A stretch of 63,789 nucleotides of DNA, the filler included, from Trichosphaerium sp. ATCC 40318 (lineage: Eukaryota > Protista > Tubulinea): assembly GCA_038496445.1 (NCBI GenBank). It is 4 parts of 4 records of this genome, joined end to end, with 100 filler letters (N's around TTAATTAATTAA, not from the genome) between each part and the next. Parts side by side here need not be neighbours in the genome. Positions count along the whole stretch, not along the records: positions 1 to 17,136 come from JALMLS010000639.1; positions 17,237 to 46,211 come from JALMLS010000513.1; 2 more parts are not named here. One strand, written 5' to 3'. A model generated the notes under the pieces. That model saw only the letters and a program-made list of their open reading frames with translations. It was not told the origin of the DNA and searched no databases. Shown one piece after another: positions 12,792 through 24,713 of this stretch; within the stretch, counting starts at the first letter, position 1; each line of letters starts with the position of its first letter. The position numbers and the translations under genes were made by a program.

Positions 12792-14022
12792 ATGGCACAA
12801 TTTCAGGCAGTCGCTCTTGGCGTCGATAAAAATTCTCAATACGTTGCTTTGAGCGATAAATACACCAATTACAATGATTGCCCGCCAAATTTAATTCCTA
12901 CTCTCCAAACAGACACTAAGCGTGTCATACATTACGATCTGGGCGACAGAGACCAGTATTTCTTTAAATACAAAGACGAAGTAAATTTTCACGTTGAGAA
13001 CCCCTCCCTGAAGCAATTGATACTAAAAGGCATAATAACAAAGGTTTTCCTTGGCCCTGGTCCATCGTTCTTCGCAGTTCTACAAATCGGCGAATACGCA
13101 TGGGGAGGTGTACCTCCAGAGCTTCATAGACGCCTGGTAACTAATAGAAAGAAGCTCGGTGACGTACAAACGATGGTATTCACTAAAGATTTGTATTTCA
13201 TCCAATTCATGAACAACTACACCATGCAATCTAAAGGTCTTCCTGACATCTTTCAGAAGTTTATTAAGTCGCGATACATGGAGCACGTTTCGATAAATAG
13301 CGATTTTACACAATGGTACGCGCGTGATAACAGAGGAAATGAGTTTTGGGTTTCAGATGCTTTGGATAAACTTTGCGACGAGCTCATGAAAGTTGAAGCA
13401 TCTAAACCTTTGCCTAACGCTAAGAAATGCTCCTCGCCACCTAAGACATGCTCCTCTCCAGCTAAAACATGCTCTCCACCTAAAAAAATACTCCTCGCCA
13501 GCTAAGACATCTTGTATGCCACCATCACCAATACGAGACCATAAACCAGTACGACACGATACAGGATCGAGTGCATTTTCAGAAGTACACGAGAAGAAAT
13601 GCGAGAAGGTGCTATGTGAAGATAAACTGAAGATGTCCACGCAACCATTAGAAAAGTCTGCTAGTATTTCTTTGGAACAACGATTACGGGAAAAGCTTTT
13701 GGCACAGCTCGCTAGCACTAACAACAGAGAGAGCACGCCTTTAGTTGTGTCACCTTTACCTTCAAAGCCTCCAAGGAGAGACGTTCTTGTGGCTAGATAT
13801 AAAAAGATGGAAGCACTCACGAAAACTTTAGAAGCCAAACTTGCTCGTCAAGAGAGGGAGCGAAGAGATTTAACAATTTGTTCCATATGTATGTCTAGTC
13901 CTAAGCAGAAGGTAATAGATCCATGTGGACATTCTATGTGTACTTCATGTACACGAAAGCTTAAGACTTGCCCTTTTTGTAGGTCTGTAATTGTAAAGAC
14001 AGTGCCATATGTTAATCATTAA
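12792..14022 (+). CDS. Intronless RING-HC E3 ligase-like protein with uncharacterised N-terminal domain and SSP(P/A)K repeats
   Basis: C-terminal CSIC..PCGH..C..C..CPFC preceded by a coiled coil. The frameshift in the A-run near 13485 is absent in the left-arm copy. Confidence 0.85.
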
Positions 14023-14225
14023 AAAGTGTTTTCTCCTTTGCACAAAATTTACAAACAAGCAATGGATATGTATCAACAAAGCGTTGAAGGTGTATTCCTT
14101 TTATGAGACTATAACACATTGTCTTGGCTTTGGCTCATTAGCCATCTTGTGCGGTAAGGTGGAGGGTATATGAAGACGCCAACTGCTCAGCTGGAAATAT
14201 TCTGTCTCGTTTTGTTTTCATGTTG

Positions 14226-15776
14226 TTAAACCACAATCCCTACTGAATAATTAGAATAAACAAAGGGAGGAATGTACCAGTCAAATTCGTAGCTGTGTCT
14301 CTTTTGTGACCATTTGGCTTTCCAGCCAATCAATTCTGTTGGTACAAATGATAATGGTTGCAAGACAATGTTGCTACTCTTGTGATGTCCCTTGGATGGC
14401 GTGCCCCTAATACAGTCTTCAAACTTTTTGTGTGGTACTGTATCTAAATCTAGTTGACCGTTCAGCATCCCAGCTCTAACAAGTTGGTTATTAATCAGGT
14501 GACTTGCTGAATCGTACTTTAAAGCTTTCCAGAAAAAAGGTATGGCAGGTACCCTATCGACATTAAAGGTATCACAATAAATGACTTGCCAAGCTTCTGA
14601 TGGTGGTATGTGCTCAACGACTTCAATAATTTCGTTTAAGTCAGCTAAGCTTCTTTTTGATTGGCTAACACTGAAAATTATATTGTGTTCTATTTTCTTA
14701 GCAAGCAGTTCATCATCTTTTTGTATAGTATCAATTAAACACTTGAGATATGAGAGAGATTTAAGATTAGTTAGTAAAAGTATTGCTATGCAGCCATCTC
14801 TTTGGGCTTCCATTTCTGCAAGCTCTGTGCTTGTTAATTCACTCCAACAAGGAGAACAAGCAGCAATGATTTGTTCATCTATCTTAACCTCATTATTCCG
14901 AATGGATTTTGACAAGTATTTTCTTAAATATTCTTTAGCAACTATAAACCCTGCAGTTTTATCAATGAGGCACAAGGTTCTAAAAGCTTCTACATTTAAA
15001 TGGTAATGCCACCTCGAAGCTTTTTTCTTTCCAACAGCACGTCCATGAACAGACATTATACCATCTCCAGTCACATCACTTTCACTGACTGATGTGTGCG
15101 AGTTTTCAGCTTTGAACGCAAAACACGGGACGAGTGGTACAAGTATGATTTTGAGTGACCATGGTACAAGTATGGTTTTGAGTGACCCGAGGGTGGCGTT
15201 GGCCTATCTACAATTACTATCGTCCCAAACCATTCTGTTTCTTGTTAGAACAATATTCAATTCAGTAAACACTCACTTACTTCCTTCATAAGCATCCTGA
15301 ATGGCTGCAGAATCGAAAGATACAGGCCAACAGTTATGTACCAAATTTTTATCAATACTATAACCCTCCAGCTGTAGCATACGTGTGATGTTTTGAATAA
15401 TAGTCGTCTTGACATCCAAATAATCACAACATTTTGCTGCAGCGGACATCTAGAGAAAAAAAGTTAAAAAAATACCAATTTCTAAGAGAAAGTAGATGAA
15501 ATTTAGATGTACAATTTGTAGGTGTGTTATGCGGTCTTCTTTGGATAATTGAGAAAATTTATCGTGTATTGCGACGATTGAAGTGTTGTAATGCGTTACA
15601 AGCCATTTAAATCCATCAACATACTTAAGAACAATCAAATAATCATCTGCTGACTCCCCACTGTCGATTTGCTCCAGTTGGGCTGATAGAACAGTGCTAA
15701 GCGCAACAAAGTCACGTGGTACTTCAATTACAATTTTTTGGCTTTCGCCGACCTTCGCTTTGAGTGTGGTAGCCAT
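14226..15776 (-). CDS. Skp1/BTB-like N-terminal domain protein with unknown C-terminal domain (paralogue A)
   Basis: N-terminal MATTLKAKV..IEVPRDFVALSTVL..AANVVDYLDV resembles a Skp1/POZ fold. Two short introns and a long final exon. Confidence 0.6.
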
Positions 15777-15949
15777 AGAACATAAATTATAGGTCAACCA
15801 GATTATTGCACTATCAATATACAGATAATTGTTTTCCTTTACGATCAACGTTACCCAAGTTGTTCTGAAAGTTATTTTTATTCTCACAATTTTCTTACGT
15901 ATACGGTTTCCTGCGAATCTTGTGAATAGTGCTAAATTGACCTGTTGTC

Positions 15950-17136
15950 AATTATCAGTTTTAGGAGTATAAGGTATATAGCCACAATCCCTATGATATT
16001 AATTAGCTCGAAGGTAGAACTGGGTCTTTTCATGTGAGGAAAGCGCTGTACCAGTCCAAATTGTATGTATGTTTTTTTTGTTTCCATTTTGATCGCCATC
16101 CACTTAGTACAGTTGGTATTAAATTTAGTGGTTCCAATGCAACGTAAACTTTTGACCTCTGCCTGTTTGGATTGTGCTGTCCTCTCATGAGTGTCACAGA
16201 AGTATCAAATTTGCGAGTGATACAGTCCGCAAACCTAGCATGATTCAAGTCACCAAAATCAAGCTGATTGCTTAGCATGCCTATCCTAGGGAATTACATT
16301 AATCAAAATCTCTACTATCTCAGCTTTTTGTTTGTACTTTAATGCATTCCAAAAGAACGGTATTGGAGGTACAGCATTTATGTCAAAATTATCCCGTTTA
16401 ATTGCTTGCCAAGTCTCTGAGGGAGGAATATGCTTCATAAGATCAATAACAAGGTTCAAATTAGGTGCAGATTCATATTGAGCTAAATGGTACAGAATTG
16501 AATGCTCTATTTTCGACGCAAGAGCCCTATCGCTTTGTGCAATGTGTCAAAAAACTTGAGATATCGAAAAGATACAAGATTATCAACAATAAATTTACCC
16601 AGACATCTATCACTTCCTGCTTGCGCCTCGATATCTGATAGTTCACTTGCTGACAATAAAGTCCAAAACGATGAACAGTGAGCAACAATCACACTGTCTA
16701 TCTTTGCAGTTCCTTCCAAAAAATACTTTGTCACGTATTCTTTAGCGATGTGAAAACCTGCAGCCTCATCAAGGATGCCTAGTATTCTGAATTGTTTGGT
16801 GTTTAAAGAATAGTTCCAACAGGCGACTTTTTCGTTACCAAAAGTGCGGCCAGAGGTAATACAAATAATTCCATGAGATCTTATTGTATGCTTGTATGCA
16901 ACCGTGAAAACATTCCCGTCGTTGGTGGTATACGGACTGCCTACAATTGTTTTACTCAGCGTTCCAAACCACTCTTTAGTATATTAGAACACACATTTAG
17001 TAGTGTTACGTACTCCCTTCATAGGCATCTTGAATTGCTGTTGATGAAAAGTTTACAGGCCAACATTGTTGAACAAAATCATTTCTTACGTCACATCCTT
17101 CAAGCTGAAGCATGCGTGTTAAACTTTGGATGAACA
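15950..17136 (-). CDS. Tandem paralogue B of the preceding gene (5' end in gap; frameshifted)
   Basis: TRMLQLEG..CWPV..AIQDAYEG, AGF..AKEY, HIPPSE.WQ, P.IPFFW.ALKY and GW..KW.QK.H.Y..DWY are shared with paralogue A. Confidence 0.7.
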
Positions 17137-17236
17137 NNNNNNNNNNNNNNNNNNNNNNNNNNNNNNNNNNNNNNNNNNNNTTAATTAATTAANNNNNNNN
17201 NNNNNNNNNNNNNNNNNNNNNNNNNNNNNNNNNNNN
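17137..17236. other. Artificial contig linker (N44-TTAATTAATTAA-N44)
   Basis: N runs around an all-frame stop linker. Confidence 0.99.
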
Positions 17237-18131
17237 GTTGTTTGATTATCACTTACCAAGGACTTTCCTTTTAGTACTCTCACTTAACTTGGCGCTTAAT
17301 TTTGTCTTTATGCGGATTTTCCGATTTATCCAGCATCTTATCCAAGTACTCCTTCCACTTCTGTATGAGTGCGATTAAAACATCCTTAAACAAAACTTCA
17401 GAATCACCGAAGAAATAAATAACAGTCAGAGTGCACTCTTTACTGACTAGTCATAATCACGTGCCTGGCTTTTTTGAGAAGCTTCATCACTTATTGTATT
17501 GAAACTAGATATAGAACCCACTATACGCTCATACGCTTGACCGAATACAGTGTCAACTAAATGTTCACTGCATCCTGTCATTTGTGATGCGCAGTAGTTA
17601 AACGTTGAACTAGCCCAGTCTAAACTATAAGCTGCGAGCATAAGCTGTTCTTTTGATGGCTTGCTATCGCCCTAACAAAAAACAAAAAGAATTAAGAGAA
17701 CAGCAAGCCACATAATGCTCTGCGTTAACAACTTTTTTTTTTGGATATCTAAAGGGTACGTTCTGGTTGAAAAAGCTGTAAATCATTACGTACCTCTGGT
17801 AGCCGCCCATTATTATGTTGTAACGCCATAGCTCGTCTCATAAGCGAATTCGCGTAAGATGGCTGTAAAGCTTTTTCCAACTGTCCCATTTGAATGCTAG
17901 CCAGTATACGTGCGTCTTCGAGCTCATCAAGCGTATCTGGATGTCGTTATTTGAAAAGCTAACGGCAGAACTATTAAAACGCATGCCTTTTTCTTCCTTC
18001 GTGCATAACTCTAAGCATCGTACGAATCCTTCACTTGTGAAGAAATTACCTTCCGTTTTGGCAACTTTAAGAGTATCCTGTTGTTTAGGCTTTGCTTCTG
18101 TTCCTTCAGTCACAGAATCTTTGGTCTCCAT
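17237..18131 (-). CDS. Hypothetical multi-exon protein (3' end runs into the gap)
   Basis: ATG at 18131, coding-like exons separated by GT-AG introns, no recognisable domain. Confidence 0.55.
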
Positions 18132-18560
18132 TTGCAGAGGATTATTTAGCCGATTATGTTAAGTGGGAATAAGAGGTTGAAAGTATTTTTGTGATGTTCA
18201 CTTTGGCTGTGTAGTGTTTGCTTGCAAAGAAGACTTTGGAAATAGTGATGTTCAGTAGGAAAAAGGCAACACATGAGATGTCACGTGAATGGTATTGTTT
18301 TACGCTTGGAGGCATTTACTGGTTCCTATATTGCTACTGTTAGCGTGAATGTGAAAATATCTTGCCATGGTTTCGAGGTTTATCTGTTTAAATTCAAGGA
18401 GAACAATATTATCCTCACTAGAGGTGATTACTTGCACTCATTGAGAAATGATGTACGGACTTAAGGAAACTTTTTTTTTTAGAGTTGGAGCCTTTTGAAC
18501 CCAACGCTTACTTTGAAATGCCTACTATATTTACACCAATTACAGTAACGTTCTTGTAGG

Positions 18561-19125
18561 AAAGACCGTTTCTCCGATTTCAGTCAGAGCAGCAACAACT
18601 TCTTGATCTCCTTGAGGGAGGTGATAAATCTCGAGTTGTTGTTCTGTCTTCTATTGCACACATACTGATAGTACGTTTGTTGAGACTATCACGTTTTATA
18701 AATGTTGAAACTATATTTGCTTAATGCGCTGGCTATTTAGATGGTAGTAAAGACCTTAAATTAGACGACATCAATAGGGAGAAAAGAAACTATGGTCCAT
18801 TTACAGCTTACAATGCAAATAAACTTGCAAACATTTTGTTTGGCAAAGACTTCAATGACTACTCTGAAAAGGATTCTGAAGTTACCGTCCACTGCGTTCA
18901 CCCAGGGATAGCCAAAACTAATCTCATGCGTCATCAATCGTGAATGTCTTCGCACCTGCTTTGTATGTTATCTAAAAAATAAAAACAGCACCACAGGTAA
19001 GCACGACAAACCCTAAGCCTTTCTGCTTAACTTCTATTTAAGAGTGCTGCTACAAGCATGCATTGTGCTCCTAGAACCTAGCCTACAACATAAACCTGGT
19101 AGATACTATAGTAACTTGAAGGTAT
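18561..19125 (+). pseudogene. Degraded partial duplicate of the SDR gene at 22902-24148
   Basis: CTTCTTGATCTCCTTGA..GGTGATAAATCTCGAGTTGTTGTTCTGTCTTCT and TAGAACCTAGCCTACAACA..CCTGGTAGATACTA match 23518-24017. Introns are retained; frameshifts and stops are present. Confidence 0.88.
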
Positions 19126-19389
19126 GTCGCATTGGATGCTTGAATGTACCTTCTAACTAAATACACCTATAAGTTGCATGTCACTTCGTCCACATAAGAT
19201 TGTGTAAAGCAGAAAAGCATCTAGCCTTCTTGAACTCTAGCATGCCTAACTTGATAAGTAGGAACGCTTACTACAGGTCCCGTTTCGCTGCAATCATTTG
19301 CAAAGACTGAAAGGCAGCTGAAAATAGAGTTATCGAATCATATGTACTTGCAACAAGGTTACTCAGGTATTATTCGTTGCAAAAATAAT

Positions 19390-19462
19390 TGAATCCGTGG
19401 GGAGTCGAACCCTCAATCTCGAGAGCGGAAGTCTCATGTGTTACCATTGACACTACGGAGAC
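19390..19462 (-). tRNA. tRNA gene or tRNA-like element, anticodon TCC (Gly), with non-canonical stems
   Basis: Cloverleaf: D-stem GTGT/ACAC, anticodon stem TGAGA/TCTCG around loop CTTCCGC, T-loop TTCGACT, downstream T-run. Acceptor mismatches at 2:71 and 3:70. Confidence 0.7.
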
Positions 19463-19851
19463 ATTATTATCATCAACCTGATTGTAAGTAAACTGTAAAT
19501 ACAACTGAATATCTATCTATCGTTTGCTAATAGTGTACAAGCAAGATTGTAGCACTGCGTAATTACAAAATCTGCAAGGCTGTATCTCCGATATACAATC
19601 CAGCAGAACTCTTCAAAATGAAAAAGACATGAAATAACAGATGTTTTCCTCAATGCTAACATAATTTACATGCAAACGGACTGCAGTTACAAGTACTACG
19701 ACATCTACTTAACACAAATGCGTAGCAATAAGTGAATCGTAAATATAGTTCGACGTTTAACAAAATCAAATTGTTAAAGATTTCAGTGAATAATTGTCGG
19801 AGTTAATGTCTTTTGATCTACAAAGTCGACTAAATCCACAATTATCCAACA

Positions 19852-22352
19852 ATGAGAAGAAACAAATCAATCCGTGTTGAGATTATCGCCATATCTATAT
19901 TAATCGCATACATAACACCAGTATCAGCTGTAATCGATGGTAACTATTTGATCCATTCAACAACAGAAAACGATGGCTTTCACGTTAGAAACCTAACTGT
20001 ACCTTCACAGATTATAAGAAGTACGTATCTTCTACAAAAAGCTTTTTGTTTTTGCAGTACATTATCCCAAACACAACCGCGGTTTTTTGAAAGTTCTAAC
20101 CCCTTTGTAGCATGTAGAAACTCTAATATTACAGCTGTTGCACAAGCTATTGCAGCTTTTGGAGATAATATAATTTATTTTGCTAGTGGAGGTCAAATTC
20201 ACTTTATGAATCCTCAAGATTGCTCATACGTGCGTGATTTACTACTTCGCTGCAACTTGAAGTATAGATAAATAGAAAACACTTTTCGTCACCTCTTTTA
20301 CAGTAGAACGCTATTTCTACGCCAGGAAAATGGAAACGTCAACATTACACCTTTTTCTGAAACTAAAATTCAACACCAGTTCAAATTCAGGGAAAGCACT
20401 CGCTGTTTTCTTTTTACTGAAAGAATACTAGTCAGAACAAGGGTTTCTTTTGTCTATTTTGAACTGTGGTGGTTCGATGTCTCTTGTCTTTCTTGTTTTT
20501 TTTGAACCACTACAGTTCAACATCTTTGACAAAAGAAATGTTTGTGTGAGAATTCCGAGAAACTAAGTTGTATTACTTATTTGTTTGGCCTGAACTTTAT
20601 GGTTTACTTACGAGTTATTGATAGATTAAGACCTGTTTTGGCAATATAAACGGTGTCTCAGAAACTCCAGTTTTTGGAGAATTTATTACGTCTGTACAGA
20701 CTAACATCTTTACTTTCAATGCTGAAACTTGCTCTTTTACTACGGAATGTAGCACTTTTGTAGGTGGCACTTCAAGTACGTAACCTCTTTTTCTACGCGG
20801 ATACACTCATGACTGTTTTGATTGTCACTCTCATCATTATGCCAAATACAACCAAAGTCCATAATTAGATAATTCTGGGTTTTTTTTTGGTATTGAAAGC
20901 GAAATTTGTATCAAGACTTAGACTTTTTTGCGCTTTTCGTACTATCTATTACCTACCAAAGCTTATCAACAAAAAGAAAATTTATTTGTTTTACCTCTAA
21001 CTATAATCTCCTTCTTTATTAACCATACTAGTGGAACTTATAAACGGTTACATCTATACAACAAGATCTGGGCCAATATTATTCAGGTATCAGCACACTA
21101 CGGACTACTGCACAAGAAACGCAAATGAAGTAATTGACATACCTGAGGTCTCTTTAGGTACATAATCGTTCTTATTCTTCATTTTTCTAAGAACTGCTTA
21201 GGATCTGCACAAATATCCGCAACACAGTTACTTCTCCTTGCTCCAGACGGAACGTTGAGAGTTCAGAATCTAACCAACTACGTTGATAACAGTGCTGAAA
21301 TTTGGGGAGAGTTATCAGCCGGTAGTTGGGGTCTCACAGTTGTGCCTTCTCTAATGAACGGGCCTCCTGTAACTCTAGCTCCTATACCGCCTCCTTCTAC
21401 TGCTGCTCCTACAACAGCTCCACCACCAACTACGCTACCTCCAACAACACTACCCCCAACGACTCTACCTCCAACAACATTGCCACCAACAACATTGCCA
21501 CCCACAACATTACCTCCAACAACTCTACCGCCAGCGAAAAACCCAACCACGCAGCCCCCAACAAATCCACCAACAACAAGACCACCTACTACTCTGGCAC
21601 CAACTACTCTTCCACCAACAACTGCTCCTCCTATAACAGCATCGCCAACAGAACCTCAGCCTCCAACAACTGCTACACCAACGCAACCTCCAACAACTGC
21701 TCCTCCTACAACAACCCAACCAACAACTCAGATGGCACCAACTACTCTGCCGCCAACAACCACACCTACTACAGCACCGCCAACAGAACCTCAAACAACC
21801 CAGTCTCCAACAACTACACCAACACAGTCATCAACAACTACTACAACAGCACCTCCCGTGACCAATGTTAGTACTTCTCCAACTATTTCTCCTACAGTCG
21901 CAGCATCAGTGAATGTAACTATAGAGTTCATTGTATCACGTGCACTTACACAAACAGAAATAGAAGAAATTGCTTCTGCTTTACAAACAGTTCTTCACCT
22001 CCAACTGTTGTACAGCGCGTTACAAAAAGAAGTACAGAACAACAGATTATATACGATGTTACTTTCGACTCACAAGACTCATCTAAAGTTATAACATTTG
22101 TAGAACGTTCAGACTCAACTACAGTACTCGCTACAGAAATAAACATACCAACACTACAAGTGGTACGCAGCAAACATCTTTTTTTTTTTGTTGTCATTTG
22201 TATGTTGTCTAACTCTTTTACAGTTGAGCCTTAATACTGTCAATACAAATCCAACGTCCGAGCCCACAAGTCAATCCAATACAAGTAGAGGTAGTGTGTT
22301 ATTTTCTGGTACAATAGCTAGTGTTGTTATTGCTTTAATAGCAGTACTATAA
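19852..22352 (+). CDS. Secreted, probably GPI-anchored mucin-like surface protein with Pro/Thr-rich stalk
   Basis: N-terminal signal peptide, multi-exon globular part, PPTTL repeats, and a hydrophobic C-terminus (SVVIALIAVL*). Confidence 0.75.
21420..21532 (+). repeat. 15-bp coding tandem repeat (PPTTL x ~7)
   Basis: CCNCCNACAACNYTN units. Confidence 0.9.
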
Positions 22353-22901
22353 ATACAAAATTGTTAACAATACCATAAAATAACAATGCATAAAAATTGC
22401 TTTGATACGTTCATCTGTTACTGATGTGGAACTATGTTAATAGTACGAACACCAAAGAGTACTTTGATACGTTCGTTATCTTGTTACAACAATCAAGGCT
22501 ACTTGTATGACTCCTACAAGAGCTTTGACACCTTATTCTGTTTTCTGCATAATGCAAGGGGAGTGTAAGTACAATTTCGACTTCTGATAAGCAATGTCTT
22601 TTTCTTGCTACACCAACTGTTTTGATTTCACAAACACTTAAGTTTGTCGTGAACCGATAAAAATCCCAACAAACTTTACGGTACGCCTTATTGCTGTTTT
22701 TGAGGCTTTTCTTGTTTTTAAATCACGTGCACATCTTTCTAGCGCTTTCCAAACACGTAATAAGATACCTTTAAGTGTATGAGAGCGTATTTAATGACTA
22801 TAGTAGGTTTTCGGGAGGAAAAACCGTTTCTCCGATGTCAGGGCAATTAATTCGCCGGCGATTTATCATTTTTCATTCTCAACAATAAAGAACACAACAA
22901 G

Positions 22902-24148
22902 ATGGGTAACGCCTGCGAGTCATGCCATAATAAGAACGCACCAACAACATTGACATGGAAGTCGACTGCAGAAGATGTAGCACGTTTCTACAATGCTGAT
23001 CTAAAAGGCAAAGTAGCTTTAGTAACAGGTAACAGCCACTCAACAATGTATCATTTTTGTTTCGTTAATTTATGTCGCCAGGTGCCAACATCGGTATTGG
23101 CTATGAGACGGCTAGAGTATTCGCTGGAGCTGGCGCAAAGACATATCTTGCATGTAGAAGTAAGGATAAAGCAGATCAAGCCATAAAAGATTTAGTAAAT
23201 GAGGGTTTGGATAAAAGTCTATTTGGGTTCCTTCCTGTAAGTCTAAATAAACTAGCAACTCGAATTTTCGTGTATGGCTAACCTCTTGTCCAGCTAGATC
23301 TGGCTTCACTACAATCTGTCAAAGACGCGATTAAAGAGTTCCATGAGAAGGAAGAGAAGCTTGATTTCCTTATCCTAAATGCTGGTACCCTTAGCAAACT
23401 CGACCTTCTTACTTAGTTTTTTAAGGTATTATGGCTTGTCCAAACATGAAAACAAAAGAAGGTTTCGAAATGCAAATTGGTGTTAATCATATTGGCCATC
23501 ACGCATTAGCAACAAGACTTCTTGATCTCCTTGAAAAAGGTGATAAATCTCGAGTTGTTGTTCTGTCTTCTGTCGCTCATGCTATGGGTACACTTGTTGT
23601 TGACCTCAAACTATGATATTTAACTGTATGATAGGTAGTGGTAAAGATCTTAGGATTGATGACCTCAACTGGGAAAAGAGAAGCTATGGATCATTTAAAG
23701 CGTATTCTGCGAGCAAGATGGCAAACATTTTGTTCGGGAAAGAGCTTCAAAGACTTCTCACTGAGAAGGGTTCCGAAGTTACTGTTCACATCGTTCATCC
23801 AGGAATGGTTAAAACCAATCTAGCAAGACACCAAAAATGGGCAAATGCTATTACACCTGTTTTGGGTGTAGTGGCCAAAGTTAAGTCAGCACCTCAGGTA
23901 CTACTTTTATTATGAGATATTTGACTTAAACCTTTGTAGGGCGCTGCTACAAGCATGTATTGTGCGCTAGAACCTAGCCTACAACAACAACCTGGTAGAT
24001 ACTACAGTAACTCAAAGGTATGTTAAACTATGATGCTTGACTAAGAACAAAATAGGAAAAACAACCATCTACCAGAGCTCAAGATATGACTCTAGCAAAA
24101 CAGCTTTGGGAAGCCACGGAGGATTTGATTGAAAAACACCTACAGTAA
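22902..24148 (+). CDS. Short-chain dehydrogenase/reductase, retinol dehydrogenase/WWOX-like
   Basis: VALVTGANIGIGYETA, LILNAGIMACP, GFEMQIGVNHIGH, catalytic YSASK, VHPGMVKTNL. Confidence 0.93.
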
Positions 24149-24306
24149 AATTACCGCATGTTTTGTTCTAATTAGAAAAATAAATATTATTTAATAGCCC
24201 TTCTTTCTCTATTACAGCTGATTTTTCATGTGGCCATTCAGATTCTGTGTTTCATTCAAACGTGTTGACCTGTTTCACAGTATAAACCAAATAGTTCGGG
24301 TGTGAC

Positions 24307-24561
24307 TTGCTACTTTATCATTGCCAGACGGTCAAGAATAGTAAGTACGACACAAATTACTTATCCCTCCACATAGATAAATCAATAACTTGTGTTGATT
24401 ATGAAATGCATGGTGAGTATACAAAGTGGACAAAGAACGGAGAAAAACTATTGTATTGTTGGTACAAGAAAGGTAAACAAAATGGCAAGGCAAAACTGTG
24501 GTGGCAACTAGCCGAACAATGCGGCAAGCATGGCAACATCAATGGAATAACTAACGAGTAA
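24307..24561 (+). pseudogene. MORN-variant (YwqK-like) repeat fragment
   Basis: MHGEYTKWTKNGEKLLYCWYKKGKQNG matches the repeat in the adjacent gene; no clear start. Confidence 0.5.
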
Positions 24562-24713
24562 AATTAGTGCACAAGGAAGTTAAGTACCGTATCTTTATTA
24601 TATTTTACTAGAGGTAGTTAATGTCAATGAACGAAAGGACCTTAGAACAGTTACAACCATCAGTACTCAGTACTAACAAGAATATATTAAAAAAAAACAT
24701 GTTATATTCATTG

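Larger units (their letters stand above)
7808..14714. repeat. Right arm of 6.9-kb inverted duplication
   Basis: 14701-14714 GCAAGCAGTTCATC is the reverse complement of positions 1-14. Inner end is AAACAAAAGTCACTC at 7808. Confidence 0.97.

Noticed and set aside
17137-17236. TTAATTAATTAA flanked by Ns (also 46212-46311 and 61068-61167) as a biological motif
   Set aside because: Standard artificial concatenation linker; adjacency across it has no meaning.
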